A stretch of DNA of 64,000 nucleotides from Amoebidium appalachense (taxonomy: Eukaryota; Protista; Ichthyosporea). Under the pieces are notes generated by a model. It did no database searches. It saw only the letters and a program-made list of their open reading frames with translations, and was not told where the DNA came from. The stretch covers positions 4,650,001 through 4,714,000 of the forward strand of contig CAVNZM010000014.1 in assembly GCA_963693365.1 (NCBI GenBank), given 5' to 3'. Below are positions 63,109 through 64,000 of the stretch, one piece after another. Position numbers and translations under genes: made by a program. How positions within the stretch are numbered: the stretch's first letter is position 1; every line of letters begins with the position of its first letter.

Positions 63109-63927
63109 ACGTGTGTGTGTGTGTTTCTGTACGTGTGTGTGTGCGCCCGCACCAAAGCGCACACATCTTCAACTCAAATATGTCCAAGGACGTGCATTTC
63201 CGTTCAAGAGCAAAAGAAGTGTCCTTGTGTATGTCAGAAATGCTTAATGCTATAACGGGAGTCAAACCAGCCCAACCAATGAAATGTCCAAACAGTAGCA
63301 TAACCATAAACATGTCCTCTCCATGCAGAGAGAAATTCCCCGCCACTGATTGGTGGGGCTTCCCAAGGAGGAGAGTGTGGCTCTGTCCTGCTTCCGTCAA
63401 CAACTGGCGGCACGGCGCCCGCCAGCCGCAAAGTGGCAGGAGAGGATGCACAATGTGTGTGTGCAAGTGTGTATGTGTGTGCTTGTGTGTAAAGTCCAGG
63501 AACACACCAGGGCGTGTGTGTGTATACGTGCATGTGCGTGTGTGTGGGTGTGGTGGTACTGCTCAATGTATAAAAACTCTGAGACGTAGACATGCTCGAT
63601 GAGGCAGAAGCCCGTGTCGACCAAAGCCGAATCCACGAGGTAGCAAAACAGTTGAAAAGCATAAAAATGAGCACAAGGCACCCCAAAACATTGTACACGT
63701 GGATAAGTGGATACGTCCGTGTGCATAGCTGTGTATACGTAGGTGTGTATGCGTGCGCGTGTCTTGTGTGTGCAGGCGTGTACGTGAGTACGTGTGCTTA
63801 CCGTCAATTCAGCAGCCGACAGAGGAGCGAACTCGGGTTTCTCGACTTCCATAGCGGTGTCCTTTGCGTCGTGTGTGGCCTGGGCAGCAGCCTGGACCTG
63901 TGCCGCATCAATAATGTCTACGTCCAT
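54792..63927 (-). CDS. PNO1: RNA-binding protein PNO1/Dim2 (KH domain, 40S biogenesis), 7 exons
   Basis: Exons 63927-63802, 61461-61312, 60671-60588, 58785-58725, 58246-58129, 55405-55335, 54859-54792. Protein: [113 protein letters not shown]. Confidence 0.97.
55937..57697 (-). mobile_element. Long family A copy in PNO1 intron 5
   Basis: Colinear with 45536-47420 and 59426-60206. Confidence 0.88.
59426..60206 (-). mobile_element. Family A copy (about 780 bp, 5'-truncated) in PNO1 intron 3
   Basis: Same 3' end and colinear with the long copies. Confidence 0.88.
61938..62070 (-). ncRNA. Candidate H/ACA snoRNA, copy 1
   Basis: Two hairpins with internal pockets, a hinge and a terminal ACA-NNN; 133 nt; sense to PNO1. 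Confidence 0.6.
62413..62545 (-). ncRNA. Candidate H/ACA snoRNA, copy 2
   Basis: As copy 1, with a C>U change that keeps a wobble pair. Confidence 0.6.
62793..62925 (-). ncRNA. Candidate H/ACA snoRNA, copy 3
   Basis: As copy 1, with a compensatory C-G to U-A pair change in hairpin 2. Confidence 0.6.
63310..63442 (-). ncRNA. Candidate H/ACA snoRNA, copy 4
   Basis: As copy 1. Confidence 0.6.
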
Positions 63928-64000
63928 GTTTGCAATTGGAAAAGGGAAGCTAACCAGAAAGGGTTGCTACAACCGCGTGTGAAGCGTAAGGTTGGGTGGG

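Overview
Intron-rich eukaryotic DNA (species not determinable from this window). Introns and spacers are filled with long G/C homopolymers and (CA)n/(GA)n microsatellites, so most of the six-frame ORFs are artefacts, and several single-base frameshifts suggest homopolymer assembly errors. Host genes recovered by manual splicing: GH38 alpha-mannosidase (5' part, -), NAA50 (+), single-domain ATP-type phosphofructokinase (+), a frameshifted intronless 7TM-like protein (+), a CCR4/Angel/PDE12-like EEP nuclease (-) and PNO1 (-). Three accessory systems stand out. (1) An intact, six-exon, 1538-codon DDE-like transposase with a WRN-type 3'-5' exonuclease inserted inside its catalytic core. (2) A Penelope-like retroelement system: an RT fragment plus two related non-coding families, A (up to about 1.8 kb) and B (450-bp tandem monomers). 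These share a covarying 150-160-nt RNA fold, end at CATTCAAA-(C)n, insert into C-runs, and at all 11 loci are intronic and co-oriented with the host gene. (3) Four 133-nt H/ACA-snoRNA-like copies inside PNO1 intron 1.
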